Shown one piece after another: positions 20,509 through 29,219 of a DNA stretch of 64,000 bases (position 1 is its first letter; each line of letters begins with the position of its first letter). The position numbers and the translations under genes were made by a program. The notes beneath the pieces are model-generated. The model was not told the DNA's origin. It made no database searches and worked only from the letters and a program-made list of their open reading frames with translations. The stretch covers positions 4,992,001-5,056,000 of the forward strand of contig OY762007.1 of assembly GCA_963665115.1 (NCBI GenBank), read 5' to 3'. The DNA is from an uncultured Rivularia sp. GTDB lineage: Bacteria > Cyanobacteriota > Cyanobacteriia > Cyanobacteriales > Nostocaceae.

Positions 20509-20862
20509 TCATCTATCTTCAAAAGAAATACAAACCTTTGTCTTCGCTGGAGATAATGATTGTTTATTCTTAACAACAATTTCCACATCACAATCGAAAG
20601 CATTCAAAAACCGAAAAAGTCGCTCTATTGAAAAACCAGGTAATTTTCCTTTTATTAAAGCAGATACTTTTGGTTGATCTATTCCTAATATTCTTGCAGC
20701 TTCTTTTTGAGTAATTTTTTGCTCTGCGATAATTTTGGCAATTTGACGGGCTAATTCTGCTTTAATAACTAATTCTTCTGGATTCGCTAAACCTAAATCA
20801 GCAAATACATTTCCACTACCTTTAGTAACTTTTATTTCTTCACTTTTAAAATTTTCTGTCAT
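20509..20862 (-). CDS. XRE/HigA-like HTH antitoxin
   Basis: GSGNVFADLG, TQKEAARILGIDQPKVSAL..G...FSIERL. Confidence 0.9.
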   Translation of the reverse strand: MTENFKSEEIKVTKGSGNVFADLGLANPEELVIKAELARQIAKIIAEQKITQKEAARILGIDQPKVSALIKGKLPGFSIERLFRFLNAFDCDVEIVVKNKQSLSPAKTKVCISFEDR

Positions 20863-20881
20863 AAAATAGCCCTTTGATTCA

Positions 20882-21244
20882 CTATTGATAGTTTTGTTCG
20901 TAATGTTCTTTAGCTCGTGTTAATCGTGCTTCTATTAATTCAATTTCTTTTTTTGGTGTAGAAATTCCGCGTTTGGATTTCTTTTGAAAACTATGTAAAA
21001 TGTAAATTACATTTGCAAATTTAACTGTATACACAGCTCTGTAAGTATCGCTATCAAAATTCTCAACAATTTCTAATACTCCAGCACCCTTAAATCCTTT
21101 AAGTGGTTTAACGGCTGAATGTTTGTCACCACGTTGAGCCAAGTACAAAGCATAACCCATCACCTGCTGTACTTCTTCTGGAAACTCTTTCAAATCATCA
21201 AGCGAGCTACCAACCCATTCAACTGGTTTTAATAAATCACTCAT
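20882..21244 (-). CDS. HigB/RelE-like (Gp49/DUF891) toxin
   Basis: KPLKGF.GAGVLEI...YRAVY...YILHSFQKKSKRGISTPK; toxin-before-antitoxin order. Confidence 0.9.
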   Translation of the reverse strand: MSDLLKPVEWVGSSLDDLKEFPEEVQQVMGYALYLAQRGDKHSAVKPLKGFKGAGVLEIVENFDSDTYRAVYTVKFANVIYILHSFQKKSKRGISTPKKEIELIEARLTRAKEHYEQNYQ

Positions 21245-21371
21245 ATTCTCAATATGCTAGTTTTGGCATATTTTGTCAATCATTGATGAGTCAGGGTAAG
21301 GAGTGGGGAACGCTAAAACACAGATATATGCTAGGATTCAGAGTTAAGGAACACATAACGCGAGTTAAGTT

Positions 21372-21656
21372 ATGGAGCAAGTTACATTACCTTCCGTTCT
21401 TACCTTGGAAGAAGTTTCAGAATATTTACGTTTGCCGATTGAAACTTTGCAGCGTCAAGCTCAATTAGGAAAACTTCCAGGTCGTAAAATCGAAAATGAA
21501 TGGAGATTTTTGAAGGTAGCTATTGATGATTGGTTACGTCAAAATAGTCGCTCTACCTTACTTCAACAAGCGGGTGCTTTTGCTGATGATGCTTCGCTGA
21601 CGGAATTAAGAGAAAGTATTTATCAAGCCAGAGGACGTTCGGAAGTTGATGAGTAA
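21372..21656 (+). CDS. Excisionase-like HTH_17 DNA-binding protein with an antitoxin-like C-terminal tail
   Basis: VLTLEEVSEYLRL...GKLPGRKI..EWRF...IDDWL; tail AGAFADD...ESIYQAR. Confidence 0.75.
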   Translation: MEQVTLPSVLTLEEVSEYLRLPIETLQRQAQLGKLPGRKIENEWRFLKVAIDDWLRQNSRSTLLQQAGAFADDASLTELRESIYQARGRSEVDE

Positions 21657-21670
21657 ATATAACCATAATA

Positions 21671-21961
21671 CTAACGAGGACGATTTTCTCGTCCGTGGTA
21701 GACGCGCAAAATGATCGCGTCATCTTCAAGAATGACGTAGTGAATCATATAACCGTATTTCCCAAAAGGAACTAAGAGTTTGCGTAAACCTGCGATTTCA
21801 TCTACTATTGCACCTCGACGGGGGTTCTCCTGCAAACTTTCAGCGGAAGAAACAATTGTTTGTATTGCTCGTGCTGCTGCTTCCGGATTATTTACTTTTA
21901 TAAAATCGTAATGGCGATTTAAGTCATCAGTAGCGTTTTGAGTCCAAACTATCTGGGACAT
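21671..21961 (-). CDS. RelE/ParE-family toxin
   Basis: IVWT..A.DDL...F...NP.AA, LRKL.VPFG..GY.I.Y, ILRVYHGRE. Confidence 0.88.
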   Translation of the reverse strand: MSQIVWTQNATDDLNRHYDFIKVNNPEAAARAIQTIVSSAESLQENPRRGAIVDEIAGLRKLLVPFGKYGYMIHYVILEDDAIILRVYHGRENRPR

Positions 21962-22296
21962 TAGTATTCTTCGTTGCTTCCTAAATTATCAGCCCATTCG
22001 CGTACAACACTATGTGGAATCCCAGAACCTTTACGACGGTATTCTTTAAGGGCTAATTTACTTTGCTCAATCATTTCGGCTTCGGTAAGAGGTTGAAAAT
22101 TTAATGCTGAGTCTACCTCACCGTATTCAAAGGATTGTTCTACAACTTCAGTCGGTTGATTTATAATTAACTGCTCAAAATCTTCTAAATTCTCAGATGA
22201 ACTCGTTAACCATGTTAAAAGGATAGTTTTGACTTCTTCTGGTGGCAATGGTTCAAGATGCTCTAATATTTGCTGCTTAATATTGCTTGCTGTCAT
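21961..22296 (-). CDS. Putative antitoxin partner of the ParE-like toxin
   Basis: Stop/start overlap with the toxin; acidic; C-terminal GIPHSVVREWADNLG. Confidence 0.7.
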   Translation of the reverse strand: MTASNIKQQILEHLEPLPPEEVKTILLTWLTSSSENLEDFEQLIINQPTEVVEQSFEYGEVDSALNFQPLTEAEMIEQSKLALKEYRRKGSGIPHSVVREWADNLGSNEEY

Positions 22297-22438
22297 AATT
22301 TTTAAATTTTGTACTAGTTTTATGTATATAAATCAATGGTAAAGCATCATATAGAGAAAGAATCTATCAAGCTAGGGGACGTTCGGAAGTTGAAGAGTAA
22401 TAAATTAATATAGCGCGTTATTTTTATCATAAATAGTG

Positions 22439-22510
22439 ATTGGTGCGTGACGTTCGTAACAAAATTTTGTGCTGTGTTCAAATTCTTTCATAACGTCACA
22501 CACCCTACAA
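22439..22510. repeat. REP-like stem-loop element
   Basis: GGTGCGTGACG...CGTCACACACCCTAC; reverse-orientation relative at 28244-28308. Confidence 0.7.
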
Positions 22511-22518
22511 ATAATTAA

Positions 22519-22653
22519 CAATTACCAATTACCAATTACCAATTACCAATTACCAATTACCAATGCCCTATGCCCTATGCCCTATGCCCTATGCCCTATG
22601 CCCTATGCCCTATGCCCTATGCTCCATTACCAATTACCAATTCCCAATTCCCA
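22519..22653. repeat. Heptamer STRR arrays (CAATTAC)n and (TGCCCTA)n
   Basis: Direct tandem repeats. Confidence 0.95.
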
Positions 22654-22718
22654 AAAACAAAACCCAGCTTCTTGAAAAAGAAACCGGGTTTTATGTGATT
22701 TAATATTCAAATTCCCGT

Positions 22719-23888
22719 TCAATTAGGATTTGTTTCTAACAACTCAGCAATAGCTTGACGTTCTGCGGGATTATGAGCGGGTGGTGTTTGACGGGCATCG
22801 GTAATTAACCAATCCAAAGCTGCTGCTTGAACGTCAATTGATGCTCCGGTTTTATCGACGCAGTAACGACCGTAAACTAGTTTATCAACTAACATTACTC
22901 CAGGGCCAAGGCGAGAATATTCAAAAATCACGCTGTTTTCTACGGTAGCACCGCTACATACGCAGCAGGAAGGGCCAATATAAACCGGGCCAACTATTTT
23001 AGCTCCATCTTCTATTTTGGTCATTGCACCAATGTAAACTGGGCCGGTAATATCTACTTTGTCCCAATTGACAGCAACGTTTAAACCAGTGTAAATTCCT
23101 TCTTTGACTTGATTTCCGGGGATTTGGACGTTTTTGATTTGCCCTGAAAGTACGCCGCGAATTGCTCGCCAATAATCAGGTACTTTACCGATATCTACCC
23201 ATTCAAAGTCCATTGCTTTGGCGTAGAATGGCGCACCCATTTCTACAAGTTTGGGGAATAAGTCGCCACCGATGTCATACTCAACATTAGAAGGAATATG
23301 TTCAAATATCTCTGGTTCAAAAATGTAAATACCAGTACTGATATTTGTACTTTTAGCTTCCTCGACAGTTGGTTTTTCTTGGAATTCCTTGACACGGCCA
23401 TCATCATCGGTAACAACAATACCGTAACTAGAAACTTCTTCTTTAGGTACGCTTTTAGTGACGATTGTGGCGATAGAACCCTTTTCTCTATGCCATTTCA
23501 CGGCAGCAGTTAAATCCAGGTCAATTAAAGCATCACCGCATAATACAATAAAAGTATCGTCGAAAAACGTTTTAAAGTCCTGAATTTTTCTCATTCCACC
23601 AGCAGAACCGATGGCTTTTCCGACTAATTTACCGTTATCATCAATACTACCTTCAAAAGAATAACCAATTTCTACACCAAACCGCTGACCGTCACGAAAA
23701 TAACTTTCGATTTCTTCAGCCAAATGACTAACGTTGACCATAATTTGATCGAAGCCATGCTGACGTAACAGTTCAAGCAAAAATTCCATCACTGGCTTTT
23801 GCAGGATGGGAATCATCGGTTTGGGAGTTGTATAGGTAATCGGACGAACGCGAGTACCTTTACCCGCAGCCAAAATCATTGCTTTCAT
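22719..23888 (-). CDS. cugP: NDP-sugar synthase, cyanobacterial UDP-glucose pyrophosphorylase CugP-like
   Basis: MKAMILAAGKGTRVRPIT..PKPMIPILQKPVMEFLLELL; C-terminal left-handed beta-helix repeats. Confidence 0.8.
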   Translation of the reverse strand: MKAMILAAGKGTRVRPITYTTPKPMIPILQKPVMEFLLELLRQHGFDQIMVNVSHLAEEIESYFRDGQRFGVEIGYSFEGSIDDNGKLVGKAIGSAGGMRKIQDFKTFFDDTFIVLCGDALIDLDLTAAVKWHREKGSIATIVTKSVPKEEVSSYGIVVTDDDGRVKEFQEKPTVEEAKSTNISTGIYIFEPEIFEHIPSNVEYDIGGDLFPKLVEMGAPFYAKAMDFEWVDIGKVPDYWRAIRGVLSGQIKNVQIPGNQVKEGIYTGLNVAVNWDKVDITGPVYIGAMTKIEDGAKIVGPVYIGPSCCVCSGATVENSVIFEYSRLGPGVMLVDKLVYGRYCVDKTGASIDVQAAALDWLITDARQTPPAHNPAERQAIAELLETNPN

Positions 23889-24178
23889 AAATACTTAGTC
23901 CTCAACCACAAGCCAGTTTACGTAGATTAAGCGATACTTCATCATCTGTTTTAATTTGTATCAAGTCATCCCTAAAAGCACGGATAATGCACTTATAATG
24001 CATTCATATAATAGGTATTGGCAGATAAAACGATCCGAAATTGCCAATATTCCAGTTTACTCACATTTGAGTGTCCAACTCAAAGCTCGCATATAAAGCT
24101 TTCTCGAAAACCAGAGCGGCGGCAAAAAGCCATATCTGTTTTCTGTACTAAAGAGCCGGATTATTCCTCTCTCAGAAA

Positions 24179-25006
24179 TTAACTCGCTGCTTGAGACATC
24201 GGATTACTATTGCATTCTGCAAGCAAGCGGATTTTTACTTCCTGATAAAAATCTTCTTGATATAACTCTACTTTCGATTGAGCCGAGAGCAGCAGCAATG
24301 CCCAGAATACGCTCACAGTATGAGAATTTTCACCATGAGAATGGTCTTTACCTAAATCCGATATTGACTGAGTTTGCGACCACCACTCCACCAACTGTTC
24401 CAAATTCATCCAGTTTTCTCCTAGATGTAGCTCGGCTGTTTTAGTCTGCAAAACTTGTTCTAATTCTCCAGCAACCGCTGTGAGATTTTCTTGATGTGCT
24501 AATTCTAATGCTGCCTTTAGAGTTCTAATACCGGGCTGGCGTTTTTTTGCCAAAGGTCTGGTTTTTTGTACCAATTGCAGTTGGTTAGCCATTACCTGCA
24601 ACTGGTCTATTAACTCTTGTAAACTTACCCGACGAGCAGGTGGAGGCATTGCGGAACGTCGCCGCCGCAACTGTTTCTCCAAAGGCAGCCTAGCTATACG
24701 CTCATTCAACCCATCTTCACCATCGAGCAGAAACTCATCAGCCATTGAAGCATCTATTTCGTCTTCTGCTGACTGCAATTCCATCAAAGTATTAGCTTTG
24801 AATAACACCAGCATCGAAGCCGATAAAAATGCTTGTCCCGATTGAGACAAATCTGATTCATACCCCTTCCGCCTTTTCTCAGGTGCCATGAGTTCTATAT
24901 AACGGTCTATCACCTCAACTACCTGCACATCCCAAGGATCAATTTCTCCTCGTTCGGCTTGATTAATAAGTTGTGCGATCGTTTCTAAAAGCTCAGAAGC
25001 ATCCAT
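24179..25006 (-). CDS. scpA: Segregation and condensation protein A
   Basis: GEIDPWDVQV, GQAFLSASMLVLFKA, VSVFWALLLLS..SKVELYQ.DFY. Confidence 0.88.
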   Translation of the reverse strand: MDASELLETIAQLINQAERGEIDPWDVQVVEVIDRYIELMAPEKRRKGYESDLSQSGQAFLSASMLVLFKANTLMELQSAEDEIDASMADEFLLDGEDGLNERIARLPLEKQLRRRRSAMPPPARRVSLQELIDQLQVMANQLQLVQKTRPLAKKRQPGIRTLKAALELAHQENLTAVAGELEQVLQTKTAELHLGENWMNLEQLVEWWSQTQSISDLGKDHSHGENSHTVSVFWALLLLSAQSKVELYQEDFYQEVKIRLLAECNSNPMSQAAS

Positions 25007-25115
25007 CGACAAGTACTAGAATTTAGGTTAAAGGTCAAAGGATAGGAGTTAGGAGTTAGGAGTTATAAGTAGTGAGTAGTTAAGAATTTAAAAGTTTTTT
25101 TACCCCCCTCTCTCC

Positions 25116-25172
25116 CTTCGGGTTCACCACTTCTCTCAACGGAGGGAACCTCCGCACGAGAGTGGATTCACC
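25116..25172 (+). repeat. 57-nt structured dispersed repeat (intergenic copy)
   Basis: CTTCGGGTTCACCACTTCTCTCAACGGAGGGAACCTCCGCACGAGAGTGGATTCACC, near-identical to the reverse complement of 62380-62436. Confidence 0.9.
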
Positions 25173-25180
25173 ATCCCCCA

Positions 25181-25519
25181 TCAAGCGTTAGCTGAATCGC
25201 TAGCTGCTGTTAAAGAAGGTTGCAGGGATTGAACTTGAGCTTGGTACTCTTCAATCTTGGATTCTAATTGTTGAATTTTAACGTTCTTTTGATGAACTTT
25301 TTGACCAGACCATAATAGTCTTTCCAAATGAGTCCAAACGCTAAATAACCAAGCTAAAACTCCACCCAAGCCTAATGCTATAAGCAACTCAACTGAAATT
25401 GGTGCTTGCACTTCCATACCTGGAATTAGATGAATGGTTCCTAATTCTGTATTTTCTATACTGAATAAAGCGAAAGCTAAACAAAAAATAAAAATTATCG
25501 CAAAATTTACTTGTCTCAT
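25181..25519 (-). CDS. LapA/DUF1049-family membrane protein
   Basis: Two hydrophobic helices (FALFSIEN; P.SVELLIALGLG) followed by a coiled coil. Confidence 0.75.
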   Translation of the reverse strand: MRQVNFAIIFIFCLAFALFSIENTELGTIHLIPGMEVQAPISVELLIALGLGGVLAWLFSVWTHLERLLWSGQKVHQKNVKIQQLESKIEEYQAQVQSLQPSLTAASDSANA

Positions 25520-25952
25520 TGGAAACTATCCAGTTAAGTAATTAATTGTTGCTATTGTTTCCCCAGTCTTTCCAATCAATACCATTGTGAATGGTAAATA
25601 TTAGTTGTGCAACGCCTGATATCTTGCACTGGTATCAATGCAGTGGTTACACACATACGACCAATAAAGTATAAGAATAAAATTCACCAGGAAAGTATAT
25701 CACGATATTTTTATACCTTTACTCAGAAAAAATAAAATAATATTTTAATTTCGATCTTTATACTGAGGCAAGAATAAAAATAGCGACACAAAAGGTAAGG
25801 ACATAATTTTGAATTAACTTTTCCCTAACTTTTCTGCTCTAGCAATCTGAAGACCGGATATATTTTTCATTGGCATTCATCTATTCCTCTTTAGACTACT
25901 TACAATCGTTTTATATAACCAGTATTAAAGAATACTAATCGGGAAGAAATTA

Positions 25953-26138
25953 GGAGTAGGGAGTAGGGAGTAGGGAGTAGGGAGTAGGGAGTAGGGAGTA
26001 GAAAGTAGAAAGTAGGGAGTAGAAAGTAGAAAGTAGGGAGTAGGGAGTAGAAAGTAGGGAGTAGAAAGTAGAAAGTAGGGAGTAGAAAGTAGAAAGTAGG
26101 GAGTAGAAAGTAGAAAGTAGGGAGTAGGGAGTAGAAAG
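25953..26138. repeat. Heptamer STRR array of GGAGTAG / AAAGTAG units (26 units)
   Basis: Direct tandem repeats. Confidence 0.95.
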
Positions 26139-26256
26139 CGTGTGAAATTATAAGAAGTAAGTAGTGCGAGCATCTTACTTGCTTGCGACTACAACTGAGT
26201 TAAAATGCTCGCACTACTATTTTGAGAGCAACTGGTAACTGGTAACTGATAACTGT

Positions 26257-27306
26257 TCACTGTTCGCTGTTTTTCTGAATAGCGTCGAAGGTACCTTTAA
26301 CAGTTCCTGCGATCGGAATGGCAACTAAAGTTCCTAATAATCCGGCAATCTCGAAACCGACTAAAATCACAACGAAAATCCAGATGGGATTGAGTCCGAT
26401 AAAATTTCCTAGCAATTTTGGGGCTATCAGATTATCTTTAACCTGCTGCATCAATATTGAGAAGAATGCTAATTGAGTTGCTAACCACCAATTTTGTAGC
26501 AGCAGCAATATAGTAACGAAGCCAATACCTAAAGTTGCTCCAATAAAGGGAATAAGCTGGGATATGCCGATGACTACAGCAAATAAAAAAGCAAATGGAA
26601 TTCCAATAACTAAAAAAATTGGTGTCAGACTTGCCACCATGAACAGTGCTAGTAAAAATTGGCTGAGAAAAAAGTAGTGGAAATTCAGTCTTAAAGATTT
26701 ACTTAAAGGAAGTCGGATTTTTTCGGGTAGGAGATTTACTAAGCCATACCAAAGGCGATCGCCATATAAAAGCATATAAAACGCCAGCACTATAACTAAG
26801 ATGGTATTTACTAACGTTGATACCAAGGTTCCCGCAAATCCTACGGCACCAAGCGGTAATTCCTTGAGTAAGTTTTCGATGCTGGCATTAGTTTGATTAG
26901 CTAATATTTTTAAGTTGATTAACGGTAAGTGCCGTCTTTTCGCTATTGCTTCAACTTGTTCTAACTGGCTTTGAAAGCTGTTTAACCAATCGGGGATTTT
27001 ATCAGTGAGTTGAGTAGTTTGATTAATTACAAGAGGTACGAGGGTAATACCGATCAGAATCAGCAGCGCTAAAGTCAACAATAAAACTATAGTTACTGCC
27101 CATTGGCGTGAAATACGAGCGCTTTCTAAAAATCGAACTGGATAATTGAGCAAAAAAGCTAGGATTGCTGCAATACTTAAAATAGTAAGTGGATGACGAA
27201 AGTAATGAAAAACTACAGAGAGCAGTCCCACGTTAAGAGCTATAATCGGGGCGCTCAAACCATATACTAATAAGTTTTTTAGGGAAGCCCAACGGCGCAT
27301 CCGCAT
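26257..27306 (-). CDS. AI-2E family transporter
   Basis: AAILAFLLNYPV, LIPFIG, QQVKDNLIAPKLLG..GLNP. Confidence 0.92.
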   Translation of the reverse strand: MRMRRWASLKNLLVYGLSAPIIALNVGLLSVVFHYFRHPLTILSIAAILAFLLNYPVRFLESARISRQWAVTIVLLLTLALLILIGITLVPLVINQTTQLTDKIPDWLNSFQSQLEQVEAIAKRRHLPLINLKILANQTNASIENLLKELPLGAVGFAGTLVSTLVNTILVIVLAFYMLLYGDRLWYGLVNLLPEKIRLPLSKSLRLNFHYFFLSQFLLALFMVASLTPIFLVIGIPFAFLFAVVIGISQLIPFIGATLGIGFVTILLLLQNWWLATQLAFFSILMQQVKDNLIAPKLLGNFIGLNPIWIFVVILVGFEIAGLLGTLVAIPIAGTVKGTFDAIQKNSEQ

Positions 27307-27357
27307 ATTTTTTTTAATTTTGTAGTATTTCTATAATTTTGCAATCAAACAATTGTA

Positions 27358-28002
27358 ATGGATAAAAATATAGCTAACCTTCGTCAAGACTACACTTTGC
27401 AGGGCTTAAGCGAAACCGAGATTGATTCTAATCCTTTTGCACAATTCAAAGAATGGTTCGATCGAGCATTGAGTGCCGATATCCTAGAACCAAACGCCAT
27501 GATGGTGGCGACTACTACAACAGAAGGTAAACCGTCGGCGAGAATGGTGTTGTTAAAAGATTTTGACGCACGCGGTTTTGTCTTTTATACCAACTACAAT
27601 AGTCAAAAAGCACAAGAATTAGCAGAAAATCCTCAAGCTGCTTTGGTGTTTTGGTGGGCAGAATTGCAACGTCAAGTAAGAATTTGCGGACGAGTAGAAA
27701 AAATCTTAGACAGTGAATCAGATAAATATTTCTACAGTCGTCCTTTGAGCAGCCGCTTGGGTGCTTGGGCATCTAATCAAAGTGAAGTTATCGAAAATCG
27801 AGAAGTGCTTGAGCAACACTTGGAAGAATTAAAAGAAAAATATCAAGATCGAGAAGTTCCTCGTCCGTCTCATTGGGGTGGAATTCGAGTTATACCAGCA
27901 GAAATGGAATTTTGGCAAGGACGTTCGAGCCGTCTTCACGACCGTTTAGTTTATACAAGAATGGAAGATGGTAGTTGGAAGATTGAGCGGTTGTCGCCTT
28001 AG
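27358..28002 (+). CDS. pdxH: Pyridoxamine 5'-phosphate oxidase
   Basis: PSARMVLLK, FYTNY.S.K, EFWQGR.SRLHDR. Confidence 0.97.
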   Translation: MDKNIANLRQDYTLQGLSETEIDSNPFAQFKEWFDRALSADILEPNAMMVATTTTEGKPSARMVLLKDFDARGFVFYTNYNSQKAQELAENPQAALVFWWAELQRQVRICGRVEKILDSESDKYFYSRPLSSRLGAWASNQSEVIENREVLEQHLEELKEKYQDREVPRPSHWGGIRVIPAEMEFWQGRSSRLHDRLVYTRMEDGSWKIERLSP

Positions 28003-28020
28003 AGGTTGATTTCATGGTTA

Positions 28021-28727
28021 ATCTGGCGGTTGAAACCGCTGCTACATAAGCGAAACCCACCTCCGTGGGTTAAATAATTTTCGTTGACTTTAGCTATTAG
28101 CCTCTTAATTGCATTTCCTGGTGAATGTCGAGAACGATAAAAACTTTAAATTAAAGATATTTGTAGCAATATAAACCATTGGTATAATTCATGAGTCAAA
28201 GGTTTTAATTTTTAGGAATGGCCGCAACTGACACAATTTTCTTGTAGGGTGTGTGACGCTACGAAAAAATATGAACGTAGTAATAAGACTTTTAGCGTCA
28301 CGCACCAACCGGGTATTGTGATAATTTCGTAAGTCCTGAATTTTTAGAATAATTTAAAAACTATATTCTATTACTGACATTCACAGGTTTATTTATTAAC
28401 TTTACCTTTGATAAACAAACAAATCTTGTAACTGTCAGTCGCTACAGATGCTTTGGAATACTAGGGAAAAAAGTATCTCAATATTCTTTCGATGAAATTG
28501 TAGATATCAAATATAACCGTATATATTTAGGCGATTCTGGATACGGAAGTCAAGTTTTCTTGGTAGTACCAGACGGTGAAATCAAATTAAATCCCATCGG
28601 AATGATTTCAAAATATATAGATGGTTGTTATGTTGTAATAACTATTAAAAAGTTTATAGAAATGAAATAATTTTTAGTCCACGAAGGTGGACTTTGCCTG
28701 TGTAGCCGTGAATTCCATTCGCCAGAT
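28021..28727. mobile_element. Segment bracketed by an imperfect ~54-bp inverted repeat pair, with an inner MITE-like element (~28213-28338)
   Basis: 28021-28074 ATCTGGCG...GCTACA...CCACCTCCGTGG vs 28673-28727 CCACGAAGGTGG...TGTAGC...CGCCAGAT. Confidence 0.6.
28353..28670 (+). pseudogene. 5'-truncated gene remnant (105-codon open frame lacking a standard start at its 5' end)
   Basis: FKNYILLLTFTGLFINFTFDKQTNLVTVSRYRCFGILGKKVSQYSFDEIVDI...IKKFIEMK*; begins just after the MITE-like element. Confidence 0.55.
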
Positions 28728-28747
28728 ATTTATTTTTCACCCCCCAA

Positions 28748-28778
28748 AACAAAAGACACGACTTTTGCCGTGCCCTTA
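28748..28778 (-). terminator. Intrinsic terminator for the 30860->28802 gene pair
   Basis: Minus strand GGGCACGGC-AAAA-GTCGTGTCT followed by a T-rich tract. Confidence 0.65.
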
Positions 28779-28801
28779 CATTGCCGAGGAATCCATAATT
28801 C

Positions 28802-29161
28802 TTATTTCATTTCTTCCTCGTCATCCCAAGGAGGAATTTCTCCGGTTGCTCTTGGTGTCAAATTGAATTTTTCTAACTCAGATGGTATTTCTGCGGTAAT
28901 TGTTGGAGGTTTTGATTTATCATCCTGCTGAGAATTTTCGTCATCATCCCACGGTGGTATTTGTCCAACTATTTTGGGAGAAGTAGCAGGAATTTCGGCG
29001 GTAATTATAGTTGTCCGAACTTTGCTGTTTTTCTTTTTAGTTTCAGGTTGGCAGCTATTTTCTGAAGTATCAGTTTTGCTAGCTTGAATATCTTCTTCTT
29101 GAGATTTCTTACTCAAAGTTTTGATTTTGATTGGCAATTTTTTGTCTTTTTTCTCAGACAT
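28802..29161 (-). CDS. Small disordered protein with a twice-repeated ITAEIP...G[QE]IPPWDD[DE]E motif
   Basis: 119-aa ORF with AGGA upstream; basic N-terminus, acidic repeats. Confidence 0.65.
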   Translation of the reverse strand: MSEKKDKKLPIKIKTLSKKSQEEDIQASKTDTSENSCQPETKKKNSKVRTTIITAEIPATSPKIVGQIPPWDDDENSQQDDKSKPPTITAEIPSELEKFNLTPRATGEIPPWDDEEEMK

Positions 29162-29219
29162 CGCAATTCGTTCCTATTCCTATGTTTAATTAAATTTAAT
29201 TAAAAATTAAATTCTGCAA

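Noticed and set aside
21372..21656. Prophage or integrative element signalled by an excisionase-like gene
   Set aside because: No integrase, tRNA target, replication or structural genes nearby
25925..26173. 82-aa ORF (LSTPYFL)n; likewise 22469..22675, 48703..48993, 48791..48979 and 17851..18042
   Set aside because: Translations of heptamer tandem repeats, which stay open by construction; no coding evidence
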